Shown: piece by piece, positions 1-10,545 of the stretch
Position numbering within the stretch: the stretch's first letter is position 1
How the letters are laid out: each line of letters opens with the position of its first letter
Source of the DNA: Polyangiaceae bacterium
Lineage (GTDB): Bacteria > Myxococcota_A > Polyangia > Polyangiales > Polyangiaceae
Length of the DNA stretch: 64,000 nucleotides
Assembly (NCBI GenBank): GCA_044222475.1
Contig: JBGANF010000006.1
Span: 62,379-126,378 of the forward strand
Direction: 5' to 3'
Notes under the pieces: model-generated
What the model was told of the DNA's origin: nothing
The model's input: only the letters and a program-made list of their open reading frames with translations
Databases searched by the model: none
Translations under genes and position numbers: made by a program

Positions 1-31
1 ATGCCGACCACGACGGTCGCGCGGGTCACGG

Positions 32-625
32 TCATTGCCTCACCAGCACGTGTACGAAACCCGAGAGCGTCCCTTCGTCGGGATCGCCGGCCCCTGCGAG
101 GCCAACGCGTAGCCCAATCGGCTCGGCCGCGCCGAGCGCGACGCTGGCGATCGGCGCAAAGCCGACGGTCGTCAGCCGAAAGAGGCGAACGGTGTTGGGG
201 CTTCGTGTCGCGACCCACACGAGTTCGTCCGGCCCGAGCGTCCGCACGACCATCGCGGTCGGGATCCCTGTCAGGTTCGCCGTCGCGGCTACGTTTGCGA
301 GGCTCAGGGGGAAGAACGCATCGAGCCGGTTGGCGCCGCTCTCCGCGACCACCACGAAGAGATCCTGTTCGGTTCCGCCGATCGCGACGGGAGTTCCAAG
401 GAGGATCGGCGATGACGCGAGGTTCGCGAGCGTGGGGGTCACGAGGCGAGAGACCCTGTTCGGGCTACTCGTGGCGACGAACGCGAACAAGTCTCCGGCG
501 CTCACGTCAACCGCCGCTCCGAGTCCGAGTCCGCCCATCGTGACCTGGTGGTTCAGCGCCGGCGTCGCCTGGCCGAAGTCGATCCAGTAGAGGAAGTTGG
601 CGTCGGTCAGGGCGGCGGCGTCGTG
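32..625 (-). pseudogene. 3' fragment of a beta-strand-rich hypothetical gene, fused out of frame to the resolvase fragment
   Basis: Protein-like sequence only from about THDAAALTDANFLYWIDFG; its stop overlaps the ATG (ATGA) of a next gene that runs off the window. Confidence 0.45.
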
Positions 626-836
626 AGTCGAGTCGGAAGACGACGAGGCGATCGAAGAGGCGTGCTCGCGCATCGGCGAGCATCTCGCGCAGGATGGGAC
701 GCTGCGTCGTCTTCGCGCTCGCCTTCTCGGAGTACCAAATGATGTCGTCGGCCCCGATCGCGCGGACGATCGAATCCCGCTGACTAGCGTCGTCCTGGCT
801 CTTCGAAGAAACGCGGACGTAAGCGGCGGTCGCCAT
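625..836 (-). pseudogene. Truncated serine recombinase (resolvase/invertase), N-terminal catalytic part
   Basis: AAYVRVSSKSQD..SQR, YSEKASA..QRP, LVVFRLD motifs; homology breaks where DRLGR is expected. Confidence 0.8.
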
Positions 837-925
837 GTCCCAAAAGCGTAACTATCGGACGCGCCAGCGCCAGGGGGGATCGTCCAACGATTTCGCGACG
901 CCCCCCTGGCGAGGATTTCCGGACA
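833..925. promoter_or_regulatory. Possible res site / inverted repeats upstream of the resolvase
   Basis: TGTCC..GGAC half-site-like motifs and inverted repeat CGCCAGGGGGG (868-878) / CCCCCCTGGCG (901-911). Confidence 0.35.
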
Positions 926-1046
926 AGCTCACTCGTCGTGAACATCGCGGGCCGCTGCCACGAGGACCGTCGTGACCATGTCGGTGCCCGAGACGATCGC
1001 GGACTCGTCGACCTCGACGTCGTCGAAGTCGGGGTTGCTCGATGCC

Positions 1047-1365
1047 TCACCGAGTTGAGCACCTCGGCCTTGTTGGGCACGTCGCCGAGGTTGTTCGAGA
1101 CGTCGGCCATCGCGTCGGCCATGTCGGTGACATCCGACCCGGTCGCGCGCGCGAGGATGGCCATCTTCTCGAAGGCCTCCATCCCGGTCTTGAGGTCGCC
1201 GGTCTTCGACACGAAGGCACCGAGCGCGCCGACGACGTCGTTGGCCTGCATTCCGGTCGCGTTGCCCTTCTCGAACGCGAACTTCTTGAGCTCCTCCGGA
1301 TCGACCCGCTGGCCGTTCCGCGGATCGCCCTGCATGTAGCCGGCGTTGGAGAGGTTGAGCTCGGC
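1047..1365 (-). pseudogene. Internal fragment of a phage tail tape-measure-like gene
   Basis: Helical A/G/M-rich segment GMQANDVVGALGAFVSKTGDLKTGMEAFEKMAILARATGSDVTDMADAMADVSNNLG with no start or stop of its own. Confidence 0.5.
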
Positions 1366-1926
<561 letters not shown>

Positions 1927-2016
1927 GGAATGGGGTCGCAAAGTATCCGTCCCTTGCGCCGAGTCAACGAAGAAGGACGCATGGCGAGTGAATTTCGGAC
2001 GGTCTGACGGCGCGAG

Positions 2017-2136
2017 TCGGGAGTGGGAGGGGGAGCGGGAGTGGGAGCGGAACGAGCCGTTTCTTCGACTTCGCGGACATTGCGCAAGGAAGTGGCCGAG
2101 AGCGGCTTCCGCTCCCCCTCCCACTCCCACTCCCGA
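2017..2136. repeat. Intergenic inverted repeat built from GGGAGT/GGGAGC hexamers
   Basis: Left arm 2017-2052 is complementary to right arm 2107-2136. Confidence 0.8.
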
Positions 2137-2206
2137 GCGACCGCGCGACCATTCACCAGGAGGGCACGCAACGTGGAAGGCCTCCCGGAACGACGCACCG
2201 TCACCG

Positions 2207-2560
2207 TCAGGTGTTGCGAGGCCCCATTCCAGGGAGATCGTCGTCGGATCTCAGGCGACGCACGATGGCGTAGATCGAGGCTTCGTACATGTCGACGTTG
2301 GGCACGCGCTGCTGGCGCATTTCGTCGCAGACGAGACCGACGAGCGTTCGATCGTCGATGACGGGAAACTCGAGGAGCCGCCGGCGCGCGATCGACTCGA
2401 TGGTCTCGGTCATCGAGAACTGGTGTGCGTCCGAGCCGACGTAGCCCTTCGCGAGGTTCATCCGCTTCGTGAAGTAGGCGGTGTAATAGTGCCCTGCGAG
2501 CAGGAGACACAGGATCAGCATCACCGCGTAGACCTTCGGGTTGCCGAGCAAGTCGTCCAC
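2207..2560 (-). CDS. Small hypothetical membrane protein
   Basis: GTG start, one hydrophobic segment (VYAVMLILCLLLAG), protein-like composition. Confidence 0.55.
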   Translation of the reverse strand: MDDLLGNPKVYAVMLILCLLLAGHYYTAYFTKRMNLAKGYVGSDAHQFSMTETIESIARRRLLEFPVIDDRTLVGLVCDEMRQQRVPNVDMYEASIYAIVRRLRSDDDLPGMGPRNT

Positions 2561-2621
2561 GCGACGATCTTCGCACGTTGCGCACCCCCTTTCCAATTCA
2601 CCGGCTCTACACTTTCGCGAA

Positions 2622-3779
2622 ATGACGACGACCCGCGACCCAGCCAAGCCCGAGGCGCCGCCCGTGCCCTTGGCCGCGCTCGCGTGGATCGCGCTCCTCA
2701 CCGGGATGCTCGGGTTCGGCGGTGGGTTCGTCGTCATCGGTCGGATCCGGCGGTACGTCGTCGAAGAGCGGCGCTGGATGAACGACGATGCGTTCCTCGA
2801 GCACATGGCCATCGCGTCGGCGCTCCCGGGGACGACCGCGACCAACGCGTTCACCCTCGTCGGGTCGACGCTGCGCGGTTTCACCGGCGCGCTCGTCGCG
2901 TCCGTCGCGTTCCTGCTGCCGAGCGTCGCGCTGATGATCGTGTTCGGCGCGTTCTACGATCGCCTACGGGGGCTCACCGGTCTGACGGCGTTCTTCGAAG
3001 GCATGGGGGCGGCCGTCGCGCCGGTGGTGCTCGCCGTTGCGATCGAGCTGCGCAAGAAAGCGCTCAAGACTTCGGTCGGGTGGATCGTCGCGGCGGTGTC
3101 GTTCGGCCTCCTCGCGTTCAAGCTCGCGCCGCTCGTGGCGGTGGTGCTCGCGGCGGGGCTGTTGGGCGTAGTGCGGGCGCGCGCTTCGCTCGGCGCGCGT
3201 GGCTCCTCGATGTTCGCGCTACAGGCCGCCGCCGCTGCGACCGTCACCGGGGTGTCGTCGTGGACGCTGTTGTGGGTCTTCGCGCGGATCGGCGTCGCCA
3301 CGTTCGGCGGCGGCTACGCGATGATCCCCGAGATCGCCCACGAGGTCGTGTCGCGGCACTGGCTCGACGAGCGCGCGTTCGCCGATGCGATCGCGTTCGG
3401 GCAGATCACGCCGGGGCCGGTCGCGATCTCGGCGACGTTCGTCGGCTATCGCGTCGACGGTTTGACGGGAGCGCTCGCGGCGTCGGCCGGGATCTTCGGG
3501 CCGCCGTTCGTGCTCTGCATGATCGCGTCGCGGTCGTTCGGGGCGTTTCGTCACAACGTGCTCGTGCGGGGATTTCTGAGCGGCGTCGCGCCGGCGGTCG
3601 TCGGGATCGTGGCGGCGGCGGCGTTCTCGGTGGCGAGGCTCGCGATCACGGACGTGCGATCGGCGGTGCTCGCGGCGATCTGCATGGCGGTCCTCCTGGT
3701 GCGACCGAAGTTCAGCGCGATCGCGCTGCTCTTCGGTGCGGCGGCCGTCGGCTATCTGTGGAAGCGGGTGGCCCCCTGA
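2622..3779 (+). CDS. chrA: Chromate efflux transporter (long-chain CHR family)
   Basis: Two homologous halves with GFGGG / TFGGGY and LPG / QITPGP motifs; polytopic membrane protein. Confidence 0.93.
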   Translation: MTTTRDPAKPEAPPVPLAALAWIALLTGMLGFGGGFVVIGRIRRYVVEERRWMNDDAFLEHMAIASALPGTTATNAFTLVGSTLRGFTGALVASVAFLLPSVALMIVFGAFYDRLRGLTGLTAFFEGMGAAVAPVVLAVAIELRKKALKTSVGWIVAAVSFGLLAFKLAPLVAVVLAAGLLGVVRARASLGARGSSMFALQAAAAATVTGVSSWTLLWVFARIGVATFGGGYAMIPEIAHEVVSRHWLDERAFADAIAFGQITPGPVAISATFVGYRVDGLTGALAASAGIFGPPFVLCMIASRSFGAFRHNVLVRGFLSGVAPAVVGIVAAAAFSVARLAITDVRSAVLAAICMAVLLVRPKFSAIALLFGAAAVGYLWKRVAP

Positions 3780-3788
3780 CGGGTCTCC

Positions 3789-4637
3789 TCACCGGGCGAG
3801 CTCGGGCACGATCGGGCTCACCCCGCGCGCGCAGCAGTCCCCGTAGGCCTTCTGGCTCCCGCAGGTGCACGGGTCTTTGCTCTTGATCGGCTTCGGCGCC
3901 ATCCGCCCGAAGTCTCCCGGAGGCGGGTACTTCATCGGTCGCCGCTCGCGCCCGCGCGCCTCGACCTCGCGGAAGCGATCGCGCAGGCCCGCGACCGCGC
4001 TCTCGGTGAACCAGGCTCGCGCTTCGTCTTCGAGCTTGCGGGCGCGCGCGTAGTAGCGCGCCTCGTGGTGACGGCGGTCGAGGTGGGCCACCGCGCGGTA
4101 CCCTTTTGGTACCTGCACGAGCGCGTTGCCGCCGCCGAACCCGTAGGTCCCCACGTCGCGGGCGGTGCGCAGATCCCACCGGATGCCGAACAGCGCGTCG
4201 CCGAGGATCCACACGCCGACGAACGCCCGCGCTTCGTCGAAGTTGTACTTGGCGAGGAACGTGTCTTCGTCGCTCGGTTTCACCTCCGGCGGCACTCCGT
4301 ACGGGAGCCCGTAGGGGATCCCGTAGTTCGCCTTGGTGGGATCGCCGAAGCTCGCGTGGAGCAACTCGTGGAGCAGGCTCCCGAGCAGCCGCTTGTGCAC
4401 GCACTCCCCGAACCGCACCGCGACGCCGCGGTACGCCGGGTCGGCGCGGCGCTGGGCCTCCTTCCACAGCGCGTCGCCGTGGAGCTCGTAGTCGGGCTCG
4501 TAGTCGAACCCGCGCAGCACGTCGTCGCAGGCGTAGAGCGCGCTGACGCCCGCGGTGCGCTCCGCGGTGCTCAGCTTGCGCTGGCAGTCGCAGGGGCACG
4601 GGCGCTGCGCTTGGAGTGCTTGGAGGAGCGTGCGCAT
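3789..4637 (-). CDS. HExxH-containing protein with C-terminal SEC-C zinc motif
   Basis: LLHELLH; DPCTCGSQKAYGDCC. Confidence 0.8.
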   Translation of the reverse strand: MRTLLQALQAQRPCPCDCQRKLSTAERTAGVSALYACDDVLRGFDYEPDYELHGDALWKEAQRRADPAYRGVAVRFGECVHKRLLGSLLHELLHASFGDPTKANYGIPYGLPYGVPPEVKPSDEDTFLAKYNFDEARAFVGVWILGDALFGIRWDLRTARDVGTYGFGGGNALVQVPKGYRAVAHLDRRHHEARYYARARKLEDEARAWFTESAVAGLRDRFREVEARGRERRPMKYPPPGDFGRMAPKPIKSKDPCTCGSQKAYGDCCARGVSPIVPELAR

Positions 4638-4667
4638 CGACGCCGAATGCTAGCCACGCGCGATCTC

Positions 4668-4751
4668 CCCGTAAACGTGAACGTGCCCGTGCCCGTACAC
4701 GATCGCGACGCTTCCTTCGTGCACGGGCACGGGCACGTTCACGTTTACGGG
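4668..4751. repeat. 35-bp intergenic inverted repeat of CCCGTG/AACGTG hexamers
   Basis: 4668-4702 versus 4717-4751, one mismatch. Confidence 0.9.
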
Positions 4752-4760
4752 AGAGTGCAG

Positions 4761-7073
4761 TCAGTTAGGCGAACCCAGGCCGCAGAAGCCGCCCAGGCAC
4801 TTGTAGCCCGCGTTGACCCCGCAGCAGTCGCCGTCGCTCGAGCACTTCTCGAACTCCTGCGCGCATCCGCCCGGCTTGTCGGTGCAGACGAGCCCGCCGC
4901 CGTCGCCCACGACGCGGCAGAAGCCGTTGCAGCACTCGTCACCGGTCTCGCACGTGTTGCCGTTGGGCTGGCAGGGATCGGTCACCCAGAACGCGCGCAT
5001 GTTGCCCGCGTTGATCTCCTGACCCGGGAGGTAGAACGCCGGGTGCGACGGATCCACGCCGGGCTTCGCGTTGGCGTCGATGGCCGCGACCCAGAGCTTC
5101 TTCGTGATCGGGTAGGTGCCATCGCCGTTGCCGTAGGGGTCGCCGGTGGCAACGTTGCCGTAGAGGCGTCGCGACGTGAAGACGACCCAGTAGTACCCGC
5201 CCGACGCGACCGGGTTCACGGTGGGCTCGTAGTTGAGCTTCGCGTCCGCCGGGTGGAGCCCGTTCGTCGGGAGGTAGCTCGCGCTCTGCGGATCGAGCCC
5301 GTTCATCAGGTTCATCCGGATGGCGCTCGGGTTGCCGACCTTCGGCGCGGTCGTGTACCAGAGCTCCGCCTCGGCCTTGAACCACGTCGCGATCTCGCAG
5401 TCGGTGCAGGTGCCCTTGGTGACCGTGTTGTGGAACACCACGCCCGCCGCGTCCGGCGTGAACGACGGCCACGCTGGCCACTTGTTCGCGTCGCGGTAGA
5501 GCTCCTTCAAGTTCGAGAACGTGTACGGCGGGGCGCCGCACTTCGTCGAGCTCTGGGGCGCGCCGCAGTCGAAGTCCATGATCGCGAGCGAGTGGCCCGC
5601 GCCGTTCGTGACGTTGTTCGCTCCCGCGCCCTCCCAGAAGTTGAAGGAGACGCGGCGGCCGTCCGGCGAGAACGTCGGGGTGACGGCGCTGGTGACGCCC
5701 GTCAGCCCGTTGGCGGCGATCTTGTTGCCGTTGCTGCGGGCGAACAACGCCGAGTCGAGGCCGTTGTGCTCGCGGGCGTGACGCGAGTTCGAGAACGCCA
5801 TCGTCCCATCGGGGTACACGCCGGACCAGAGGAACTTCCGATCGTTGGCGGTGTTGTCGGGCGCGTTGCCGACGTAGTTCGCGATGAGCTGACCGTTCTT
5901 CGTCATGTCGTACGACGAGTTCGGCGCGTAGTAGATGCTGTTGTCGATCAGCGACGACGACACCTGGGTGTAGAGCGTCGAGCCGTCGGCGCTGAGCTGA
6001 TGGCAGACGTGGCACTGACCCTTGAGCGAAGGCACGGCGAGGGTCGGCGCGTAGTCGCCGGGCTTGATCGCGAGCACCGCCCCGGTCGAGATGGTGTTGT
6101 TCTGCGAGTTGAGGCGCGAGTTGTACGAGTTGTAATAGACGGTGCCCTTCAGCGAGCCCTTCGCGACCGTCCAGTCCTCGGAGATGGGACCCCACACCGT
6201 CGTGCCGTCGCTCACGTAGACGTCGACGTGCAGCGGGTCGCCGCCGTTGCCGACGAGCGCCTTCCTCCACGCGATCGGATCGACCGGCTCGTTCACGATG
6301 TTCGTGCCGCCGTAGAAGCCGTCGAACGTGAAGCTCTTCTGCGAGAGGTGCACGCGGACCGAGGTCGCGGCATGCGTCGTCTGCCACTGGAGGAGCGGTG
6401 CGAGGATCCCGCGCGGCCACACCGTCTTGTCGTACGGGTAGAGGAAGCCGAGCTCTTGCGCGTTCGCCGGCTTCTGCGCCGCGCCGAGGAGCGTCTGCTT
6501 GACGCCGTTCGACACCGCCGGGCCGGGGCCGCTGCCACCGACGCCGCCGTAGCCGCCGGCTCCGCCGTCGGGCACGTTGCCGTTCGGGTTCGGACCGTTC
6601 TGCGTCATCTTCATGCGTACCGTCAGCGAGGTCGTCGCCTTGAGGCTGCCGAACGTCGCGGTCACCGTGCCGGTGCCGCTCGCGTTCCCGCTGGCGGTGA
6701 AGACGCCGGTCGCGGGGACGAGCGTGCCGAGCTCACCGCGGTCGAGCGAGAAGCTCGCCGTCACCTTCGTGTTGTTGTCGCCGAGGGCGACGAAGGTGAT
6801 CGGCACCGTCGAGACGACGCCGTCGTCGATCGTCACGTCGACCACTGGATCGAGCGGCTGGATCTTGATTGCCCCAACTTGCCCAGCATCGCCGGGGTTG
6901 AACGCTCCATCGAAGTCGGTGATCGAGCCGTCGTCGGTCGAGCCGTCGGGTTGCTCGGGGAACACGTTGTTGCCCGGATCGTCGGCGCAGCCCGCGATTT
7001 GCGCGGATCCCCAGGTCAAGCCTGCGGCGAGCGCGGCGAGGGTGACGTAGCGGTAGAGCTTCGGGAAGGGCAT
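4761..7073 (-). CDS. Large lipoprotein with TolB/PD40-like propeller and Cys-rich C-terminal repeats
   Basis: Lipobox IAGC; PTFSPDG and PSFTPD repeats; C-terminal CxxxxxCC modules. Confidence 0.85.
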   Translation of the reverse strand: MPFPKLYRYVTLAALAAGLTWGSAQIAGCADDPGNNVFPEQPDGSTDDGSITDFDGAFNPGDAGQVGAIKIQPLDPVVDVTIDDGVVSTVPITFVALGDNNTKVTASFSLDRGELGTLVPATGVFTASGNASGTGTVTATFGSLKATTSLTVRMKMTQNGPNPNGNVPDGGAGGYGGVGGSGPGPAVSNGVKQTLLGAAQKPANAQELGFLYPYDKTVWPRGILAPLLQWQTTHAATSVRVHLSQKSFTFDGFYGGTNIVNEPVDPIAWRKALVGNGGDPLHVDVYVSDGTTVWGPISEDWTVAKGSLKGTVYYNSYNSRLNSQNNTISTGAVLAIKPGDYAPTLAVPSLKGQCHVCHQLSADGSTLYTQVSSSLIDNSIYYAPNSSYDMTKNGQLIANYVGNAPDNTANDRKFLWSGVYPDGTMAFSNSRHAREHNGLDSALFARSNGNKIAANGLTGVTSAVTPTFSPDGRRVSFNFWEGAGANNVTNGAGHSLAIMDFDCGAPQSSTKCGAPPYTFSNLKELYRDANKWPAWPSFTPDAAGVVFHNTVTKGTCTDCEIATWFKAEAELWYTTAPKVGNPSAIRMNLMNGLDPQSASYLPTNGLHPADAKLNYEPTVNPVASGGYYWVVFTSRRLYGNVATGDPYGNGDGTYPITKKLWVAAIDANAKPGVDPSHPAFYLPGQEINAGNMRAFWVTDPCQPNGNTCETGDECCNGFCRVVGDGGGLVCTDKPGGCAQEFEKCSSDGDCCGVNAGYKCLGGFCGLGSPN

Positions 7074-7224
7074 GGCATCCGTCCGGGGTGAAAGTTTCCG
7101 CCCCGCGCATAGCACGAACGGTGCCAGGGTGCATCGATGCGTAACGGCGTTCCGTCGATCGGAAAAGACGAATTCGGGGGAGTGTGGAACGGGAACTGGA
7201 ATGGGAATGGGAGAGACAAAATGC

Positions 7225-7258
7225 GAAAAAGCCTGCTCGTCGCCGAGCAGGCTTTTCG
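7225..7258 (-). terminator. Intrinsic terminator after the DUF1508 gene (possibly bidirectional)
   Basis: AAAAGCCTGCTCG-tcgc-CGAGCAGGCTTTT. Confidence 0.85.
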
Positions 7259-7273
7259 TGGGTCAGTCCGAGA

Positions 7274-8077
7274 TCAGTTCGCGGTCTCGGAGACGCCGTC
7301 CTTGAGGATGTTGACGATCGCGTCGACGCCGCGCGAGGCGTTCGACTTCGAGACGTAGCTCTCACCGCGGGCGATGATCTGGCCGTTCGCCGCGACGAGG
7401 CGGATGGCGTACTCGCCGTCGACCGTGTTGATGATCTGGAAGCGCGCGGTGTTCGTGCCGTTCGTCTTGACCGACTCGATGCCGTTGAGCGCCGACGACT
7501 TCGCCGTGTACGCCTGCGAGCCGAGGACGATCTCGCCGTTGCCCGCGCGGAGGCGGAAGTAGACCTTCTTGTCCTCGCCGGTGAAGACCTCGAAGCGCTC
7601 GCGCTTGACCGCGGGCGTCGACTCCGGCTGCGCGCCGGTGAGGAGGAGGAGCTTGCGAACCGTCGTCGCCGCGCGCGTCGCGTTCGACTTGGTGCTGTAG
7701 GTCTCGCTGGTCGCGACGATCTCGTTGTTGGCGGCGACGATGTTGAAGTAGTACTCGCCGTTCTTCGCGAGCTTCACGTCGTACGCGCCCGAGTCGACAC
7801 CGGCGGCGGTGACGGCGGCGATGCCGGAGGCTGCGCCCTGAGCCGTCTTGTAGCCCTCCGAGCGGAGGACGTTCTGGCCGTTGCCGGCCACGAAGTCGAA
7901 GTAGTGCTGGCCATCCATCCCGACGAAGGTCTCGAAGTGGGCGCTACGCGAGACAATCTCCGCGTCGCTGTCTTCCACTTGTGCTTCGTCACCCACTTGA
8001 GCGCTGCATCCGACGGCGAAGGTGGAAGCGGCGAGGGCGAGAGCAAGCAGACCCGAACGAACGATGTTGAACGACAT
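7274..8077 (-). CDS. YegP/DUF1508 lipoprotein with four repeats
   Basis: Lipobox AVGC; four copies of YF.L.A.NG(E/Q)I...SE.Y..K..A..G. Confidence 0.85.
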   Translation of the reverse strand: MSFNIVRSGLLALALAASTFAVGCSAQVGDEAQVEDSDAEIVSRSAHFETFVGMDGQHYFDFVAGNGQNVLRSEGYKTAQGAASGIAAVTAAGVDSGAYDVKLAKNGEYYFNIVAANNEIVATSETYSTKSNATRAATTVRKLLLLTGAQPESTPAVKRERFEVFTGEDKKVYFRLRAGNGEIVLGSQAYTAKSSALNGIESVKTNGTNTARFQIINTVDGEYAIRLVAANGQIIARGESYVSKSNASRGVDAIVNILKDGVSETAN

Positions 8078-8310
8078 GACAGACTCCGATGAACCAAACT
8101 CCTTACGAGAAAAAACACCGGGGGGAGCAGCGAGGTGAATGGACGCTGCAGCCGATGGGGCCCCCGACCGACGAGCCATGTTGGCCTTCGTCTTCGGGCA
8201 CCTTTCGCGCGGTTTCCCGCGACGCACACCCTATGTAACTCAGGGCTTATGTAGGTGCAAGTGGTATTTTTGACGCCATGTACGTTTTTCATTCGGACCG
8301 CAGATTCCGC

Positions 8311-8336
8311 GTAACTGACGGGCGGCTCCGGGCGTA
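8311..8336 (+). promoter_or_regulatory. Candidate ECF sigma promoter GTAACT-N16-CGTA
   Basis: 30 nt upstream of the yceI-like start; resembles the SigF/ECF16 consensus GTAACC-N16-CGAA. Confidence 0.5.
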
Positions 8337-8366
8337 GGTACCGGCAACTCGGAGGGAGAACCGTTC

Positions 8367-9167
8367 ATGCGCCGACTCGCGCTGCTCGTCACCGTACTGT
8401 CCATTCCTGTCGTCGTCCTCGCGTGCTCGAAGGACGAACCGAAGCCCGCCATCTTGGCCGAGAGCGCCTCGGCGTTGGTCGCCGCGGCGCCGCCGAAGAG
8501 CGCGAAGGTCATGCCCTATGCGATCGACGCTGCGAGCAAGACCAGCATCGACATGCCCGCACCGAACGAGCACATCAAGGCCGACACGTCTGCGGCCGCG
8601 GGCAAGCTCGACGTCGACCTGATGAACGTCGAGAACTCGCGTGGCGAGGTGAAGATCGATCTCACGACCCTCACCACGCACACCTTCGACGATGCCGACA
8701 AGAACACGTCGCAGACGACCCACTCGCACAACTGGCTCGAGGTCGGTGACCTCGTCGACGCGCAGACGAAGGAGGCGAACAAGTACGCCGTCTTCGCGAT
8801 CCAGTCGGTCGACGGCGCGAGCGCGAAGGACGTCTCGAAGGTGGCGCCGGTGAAGGAAGGTGGAGACGATGTGCGCACCGTGACGCTCACGGCTCACGGC
8901 GAGTTCCTCGTGCACGGCCACAAGGTGAAGAAGGACGTCCCGTTGGAGGTGAAGTTCCACTCGCCGGCCGGAAGCGCGCCGGATGCGCAACCAACCCGCA
9001 TCGACGTGCGTACCACCTCCCCGATGAAGGTGCTTTTGGCCGAGCACGACGTGAAGCCCCGAGATAACTTTGGGAAGCTCGCCCAGAAGTCCTTCAACCT
9101 GCTCGGAACGAAGGTGGCCGAAACCGCCGACGTGACTCTCGACCTCCACTTCAACGCCGCCAAGTGA
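8367..9167 (+). CDS. YceI-like lipid/polyisoprenoid-binding lipoprotein
   Basis: Lipobox VLAC; YAIDAASK, G.V.IDLTTL, GEFLVHG.KV..DV beta-barrel pattern; SD GGAGG. Confidence 0.7.
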   Translation: MRRLALLVTVLSIPVVVLACSKDEPKPAILAESASALVAAAPPKSAKVMPYAIDAASKTSIDMPAPNEHIKADTSAAAGKLDVDLMNVENSRGEVKIDLTTLTTHTFDDADKNTSQTTHSHNWLEVGDLVDAQTKEANKYAVFAIQSVDGASAKDVSKVAPVKEGGDDVRTVTLTAHGEFLVHGHKVKKDVPLEVKFHSPAGSAPDAQPTRIDVRTTSPMKVLLAEHDVKPRDNFGKLAQKSFNLLGTKVAETADVTLDLHFNAAK

Positions 9168-9190
9168 TGCCCGCTTCAAGGAGAACTCTC

Positions 9191-9670
9191 ATGCGTCCGA
9201 ATCTCTCGCTCACGAACATCGCCTCGACCCTCGCCGTCCTCGGAACCTCGGCGGTGCTCCTCGCATGCGGAGGCGGCGACAAGCCGGCGGCGTCGCCGGC
9301 CGGCGCGACGGACGTCACCGCGTCGCCGACGAAAGCGGCCGGGCAGGGCTCGTGCTCCGCGAACGGTTGCGGCGCGAACGCCAAAGGCGACGACGCCACG
9401 AAACCGGGCGATGGCGCCGCGGCCGGAACCGGCTCGACGGCGAGCCCGACCCCGACCACCGCGGCCCCGACCGCGACGGCCACGACCGCTGCGACGACTC
9501 CGCCCGCCATCGCCGCGGCGCCGAAGGATCCCAAAGCAGCCCCGGTCGCGACCACGACCTCGGCACCGAAGCCTCCGGTCACGCCGCCGAAGACCGGCAC
9601 CGGCACGAAGCCGACCGGCCAGGCGAGCTGCGGTGCGGGCACGTGCGGGACCGATACCAAAAAGAAGTGA
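9191..9670 (+). CDS. Candidate MNIO RiPP precursor lipoprotein with two Cys-pair motifs
   Basis: SD AGGAG; lipobox LLAC; GQGSCSANGCG and GQASCGAGTCG separated by an A/T/P linker; GTGA overlap with DUF692. Confidence 0.8.
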   Translation: MRPNLSLTNIASTLAVLGTSAVLLACGGGDKPAASPAGATDVTASPTKAAGQGSCSANGCGANAKGDDATKPGDGAAAGTGSTASPTPTTAAPTATATTAATTPPAIAAAPKDPKAAPVATTTSAPKPPVTPPKTGTGTKPTGQASCGAGTCGTDTKKK

Positions 9671-10521
9671 GAGGCGTAGGCCTCGGGCTGCGCTGGGAGT
9701 TCATCGACGCGTTGTGCGCCGACCTCCCGGCGCTTCCTTTTCTGGAGATCAGCCCGGAGAACTACATGGGGCGCGGCGGCTACTACCGCGCCGCGCTCGA
9801 GTTCCTCGCCGACAAGTACCCGATCGTCACTCACGGGCTGACGATGTCCCTGGGTGGTACCGACCCGCTCGACGAGAAGTACCTCGCCGAGCTGCGCGAG
9901 TTCATCGCGCAGGTGCGCTCCCCGTGGCACTCCGATCACCTGTGCTTCGGGAGCGCGCGCGGCGTGCGGCTGCACGACCTCTTGCCGATCCGCTTCTCGG
10001 AGGACGCGGTGGTTCGCGTCGCCGACCGCGTGCGCCGCGCCCAGGACGCGATCGGCGTTCCGATGGCGGTCGAGAACATCAGCTTCTACGTGCACCCCGG
10101 TCGCAAGGAGATGAGCGAGGCCGAGTTCGTCGCTCGAGTGTGCGAGCGCGCCGACTGCGGCCTCATGCTCGACGTCAACAACGCGTGGGTGAACTCGCAG
10201 AACTTCGGCTTCGACCTCGACGCGTGGATGAACACCGTGCCGCTCTCGCGCGTGGTGCAGATCCACGTCGCGGGGCCCGATCGATTCGCCGAGAAGGACT
10301 TCGTGCCCGGTGCGCCGCGCGAGGCCACGGTGCTCCTCGACACGCACGGATCGAACGTCCCCGATCCCGTCGTGGCGCTGCTCGAGCGCGTGCTACCTAG
10401 GACCGGTCCGGTGCCGGTCCTGCTCGAGCGCGATCGCGCGATCCCCCCGCTGCCCGAGCTCCTCACCGAGGTCGCTCGGCTCCAAGCGGCGTACGATCGC
10501 GCGTTTGCTCCGCCGCGCTGA
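9667..10521 (+). CDS. DUF692 family multinuclear non-heme iron oxidative enzyme (MNIO; BufB/HvfB-like)
   Basis: GVGLGLR, PENY, HGLTMSLG, SDHL, HDLLP, ENIS, DVNN, IHVAG, DTHG, LLERD. Confidence 0.95.
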   Translation: MRGVGLGLRWEFIDALCADLPALPFLEISPENYMGRGGYYRAALEFLADKYPIVTHGLTMSLGGTDPLDEKYLAELREFIAQVRSPWHSDHLCFGSARGVRLHDLLPIRFSEDAVVRVADRVRRAQDAIGVPMAVENISFYVHPGRKEMSEAEFVARVCERADCGLMLDVNNAWVNSQNFGFDLDAWMNTVPLSRVVQIHVAGPDRFAEKDFVPGAPREATVLLDTHGSNVPDPVVALLERVLPRTGPVPVLLERDRAIPPLPELLTEVARLQAAYDRAFAPPR

Positions 10522-10545
10522 CCGAGCTGGTACTCTGCCGGCCGG

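Noticed and set aside
4065..7091. 1008-aa plus-strand ORF, and similar long ORFs at 13797-16094, 23656-26313, 39886-42969 and 45185-49525
   Set aside because: Antisense shadows of real genes caused by high-GC codon bias; Arg/Val/Ala-rich with no motifs.
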